Shown: positions 62,414 to 64,000 of the stretch, one piece after another | Layout: each line of letters opens with the position of its first letter | Position numbering within the stretch: the first letter of the stretch is position 1 | Assembly: GCA_022616375.1 (NCBI GenBank) | Contig: JAKEEW010000721.1 | Location: 2,997-66,996 of the forward strand | Length of the DNA stretch: 64,000 bases | DNA from: Sporichthyaceae bacterium | GTDB taxonomy: Bacteria; Actinomycetota; Actinomycetes; JAKEEW01 | Reading direction: 5' to 3' | Program-made: the position numbers and the translations under genes | Notes under the pieces: model-generated | Told to the model about the DNA's origin: nothing | Seen by the model: the letters and a program-made list of their open reading frames with translations, nothing else | Databases searched by the model: none

Positions 62414-63169
62414 CTAGCTGTGATCCCCGTTCCAGGGCATAGCCTCGGACCACACCCGGTCAAACGAGGTGATGTAGTGATCAGCGATGCTTCCACCTCC
62501 CAGCCGGCGGAAATGGAGGGTTGGATTTGCGGACGCAGGCTCGCCGTACACATGGGGATTGACCAGAACCTCGTCGTCGTAACGGAAGAGCGAGGCGTAA
62601 ACCGTGGACGAGTGGAGCCGCACCTCGCAGCCGTCGATCTCGATGAGGTTCCTGTAGTACGTCAACGACGACCGGATCTTCGAGGCGAGTGTGCCGGCGA
62701 GACCTTCCTCCCTGTCGCGGATCGCGACCGAGTCGGCGGTTGGGTCGCCGAAACACAGTCGGATCTGGGCTCCCCGTTGGGCAGCCTCCGTGACCATTGC
62801 GGCGACCCGAGGCTGGGTCTGGGCGTAGAAAGTTCCGGAGAACACGAGAACGTCTACGTGTTCCTGAGCCTCACCGAGTAGCCGCAGCCAGAGCTCGCGG
62901 GGGACGCTTGCCCGATCCGGATAGATCTCAACAAGCTCAGCACGAGTGGCTTCCGCGTTGCCACTCGAACCTCGACCCGCTACGGCGGGCCACAGGTAGA
63001 TCTCGTCGACGGACAGATGTCTGGCCGCGGCCCACCGGTGCCGACGATGCGGGATCCGGTCTGTATTGATCCAGCGCTCGACCGACTTCGGTTCTACGCC
63101 GCAGCACGCGGCAAGCTCCTCGAGGAGCACTGCCTGTCTCAGCATGGCGAGTCGCAACCGCTCGTTCAC
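62414..63169 (-). CDS. XRE-type HTH protein with DUF5919-like C-terminal domain
   Basis: 251-aa ORF. N-terminal HTH LRLAMLRQAVLLEELAACCGVEPKSVERWINTDRIPHRRH. The C-domain pattern (VDVLVFSGTF...IRLCFGDP...VRLHSSTVYASLFRYDDEVLVNPH) is recalled as DUF5919. Confidence 0.7.
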   Translation of the reverse strand: MNERLRLAMLRQAVLLEELAACCGVEPKSVERWINTDRIPHRRHRWAAARHLSVDEIYLWPAVAGRGSSGNAEATRAELVEIYPDRASVPRELWLRLLGEAQEHVDVLVFSGTFYAQTQPRVAAMVTEAAQRGAQIRLCFGDPTADSVAIRDREEGLAGTLASKIRSSLTYYRNLIEIDGCEVRLHSSTVYASLFRYDDEVLVNPHVYGEPASANPTLHFRRLGGGSIADHYITSFDRVWSEAMPWNGDHS

Positions 63170-63342
63170 GCTGACAGTGCAGCGGCTCTGCCGGGACGTT
63201 GCAAGGCTCTTTCAGGACGTTTTGCTACGACTAAGAATCCCGAACACGGCCTACCGCGAGGTTTAAAGATCCTTTCCGTCTGCCTAGCGTCCCATCCGTA
63301 AGGCGTTTTAGCTCTGGTCAGGGTCTGCGAGGCACATAAGAG

Positions 63343-63693
63343 ATGGTCTGTCCAGACTGCGAAGGCAGCGGCATGAAGCTGGTCGAGGTGACCGAGAACG
63401 GTCGCAAGGGCTGGAACAAGGTCGACTGTGGCTGTGATGGCGGCTACGTCCGCTTGGCCGCGTGGCTGCTGGCCACGATCCCGACATCGCGGCCGACCGG
63501 GGGGCCGGATCGGGATCGAGTGGAGAACCGGGGTCAATCGCATGACGTGGACGAGGTCCAGCTTCTGCATGGATCCGAACAACACGTGTGTCGAGGTCCA
63601 GCAGATCGGCCACAGCGTGATCGTGCGCGACTCGAAGAATCCGGATGGTCCGACGCTGAGCTTCTCCCGCGACGAGTGGGCGGCGTTCCTTAA
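63343..63693 (+). CDS. possible small zinc-ribbon protein (3' end doubtful)
   Basis: MVCPDCEGSGMKLVEVTENGRKGWNKVDCGCDGGY has a CxxC...CxC arrangement and high third-position GC for ~55 codons. The ORF then runs out of frame into the DUF397 gene, so the true end is unclear. Confidence 0.25.
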   Translation: MVCPDCEGSGMKLVEVTENGRKGWNKVDCGCDGGYVRLAAWLLATIPTSRPTGGPDRDRVENRGQSHDVDEVQLLHGSEQHVCRGPADRPQRDRARLEESGWSDAELLPRRVGGVP

Positions 63694-63733
63694 GGGGGCC
63701 AAGGACGGCGAGTTCGACCTCCCCGACGGGTGA
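63542..63733 (+). CDS. DUF397 domain-containing protein
   Basis: MTWTRSSFCMDPNNTCVEVQQIGHSVIVRDSKNPDGPTLSFSRDEWAAFLKGAKDGEF matches the DUF397 signature (W.kSS.C....CVEV....v.vRDSK...gp.L.f....W..F). Confidence 0.8.
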   Translation: MTWTRSSFCMDPNNTCVEVQQIGHSVIVRDSKNPDGPTLSFSRDEWAAFLKGAKDGEFDLPDG

Positions 63734-63936
63734 TGTACCTCTGAGCTCGGATCCGGGAGGTGGCGTTCGGCCCAGGTCGGTGAAACTGACTGGCCGCGGT
63801 GAGCTGGGCCGACCGGGTGGTCGAGGGTCGGCTTGGCAACCCGGTTGGTCGCTGCGCCAGGTGCGCCGGCAGCGATCTCACCTAGGGTCGGGCCGCGGGC
63901 CAGGGGAGCTGGCGCGGACCGATCCAGGGTGGGGAC

Positions 63937-64000
63937 ATGCGCAAACTCGCAATGCCGGTCGCGGCGATCGGGCTGGCTGCGGCTGCATTGACCGGTTGCG
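63937..64000 (+). CDS. lipoprotein N-terminus (3' end outside window)
   Basis: MRKLAMPVAAIGLAAAALTGC is a signal peptide with an LTGC lipobox. Only 21 codons are visible. Confidence 0.35.
   Translation, partial: MRKLAMPVAAIGLAAAALTGC

Noticed and set aside
63690-63881. 63-aa minus-strand ORF after the DUF397 gene
   Set aside because: Its Arg/Pro/Ser-rich composition looks noncoding, there is no RBS or recognisable motif, and it overlaps the DUF397 3' end.

Overview
High-GC (~70%) chromosomal segment from an actinomycete (Actinomycetota), almost all conserved housekeeping genes. By memory of M. tuberculosis and Streptomyces gene order, two core synteny blocks are joined here. Block 1 (1-28 kb): hpt(partial)-ftsH-folE-folP-NTF2-like-folB-folK, then DUF3180-like, PH-domain membrane proteins, panC, nadB/nadC, coaX, lysS, lsr2, clpC, mutY, disA and radA. 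Block 2 (34-58 kb): proline dehydrogenase, proC, an ~8 kb stretch (DUF2207, FadH-like oxidoreductase, MacAB-like efflux), BldC/Rv0500A-like HTH, bS22 mini-ORF, epimerase, acyltransferase, ECF sigma/anti-sigma, HAD hydrolase, fadD-like, glutaredoxin-like, rex-hemA-hemC-hemD(cobA)-hemB. I found no rRNA, tRNA, CRISPR array, transposase, integrase or phage genes. I cannot show a well-supported new multi-gene system. The best candidate is a three-gene cysteine-centred envelope module at 27.98-30.99 kb: a CPPxC-repeat LPXTG surface protein, an ECF sigma factor fused to a ZAS anti-sigma/TM/extracellular domain, and a Cys-rich cytoplasmic protein. Other observations read directly from the sequence: (1) a diverged ~150-bp hairpin repeat family that starts on the stop codons of two genes, with a half copy forming the proC leader; (2) four phased 14-bp pseudo-palindromes in a GC-poor divergent intergenic region at 58.7-58.8 kb; (3) an nadB-nadC reading frame with no stop codon between the two enzymes; (4) an 18-bp tandem repeat forming the folP C-terminus; (5) a TetR-linked ABC-2 exporter with one frameshift in each gene; (6) a decayed accessory patch at 60.6-63.7 kb holding frameshifted Streptomyces-type genes (DUF5753, DUF6879) beside intact NUDIX, HTH-DUF5919 and DUF397 genes. 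Family and DUF names are recalled from memory, not from searches. Many long antisense ORFs in the track are GC-driven shadow ORFs and were ignored.
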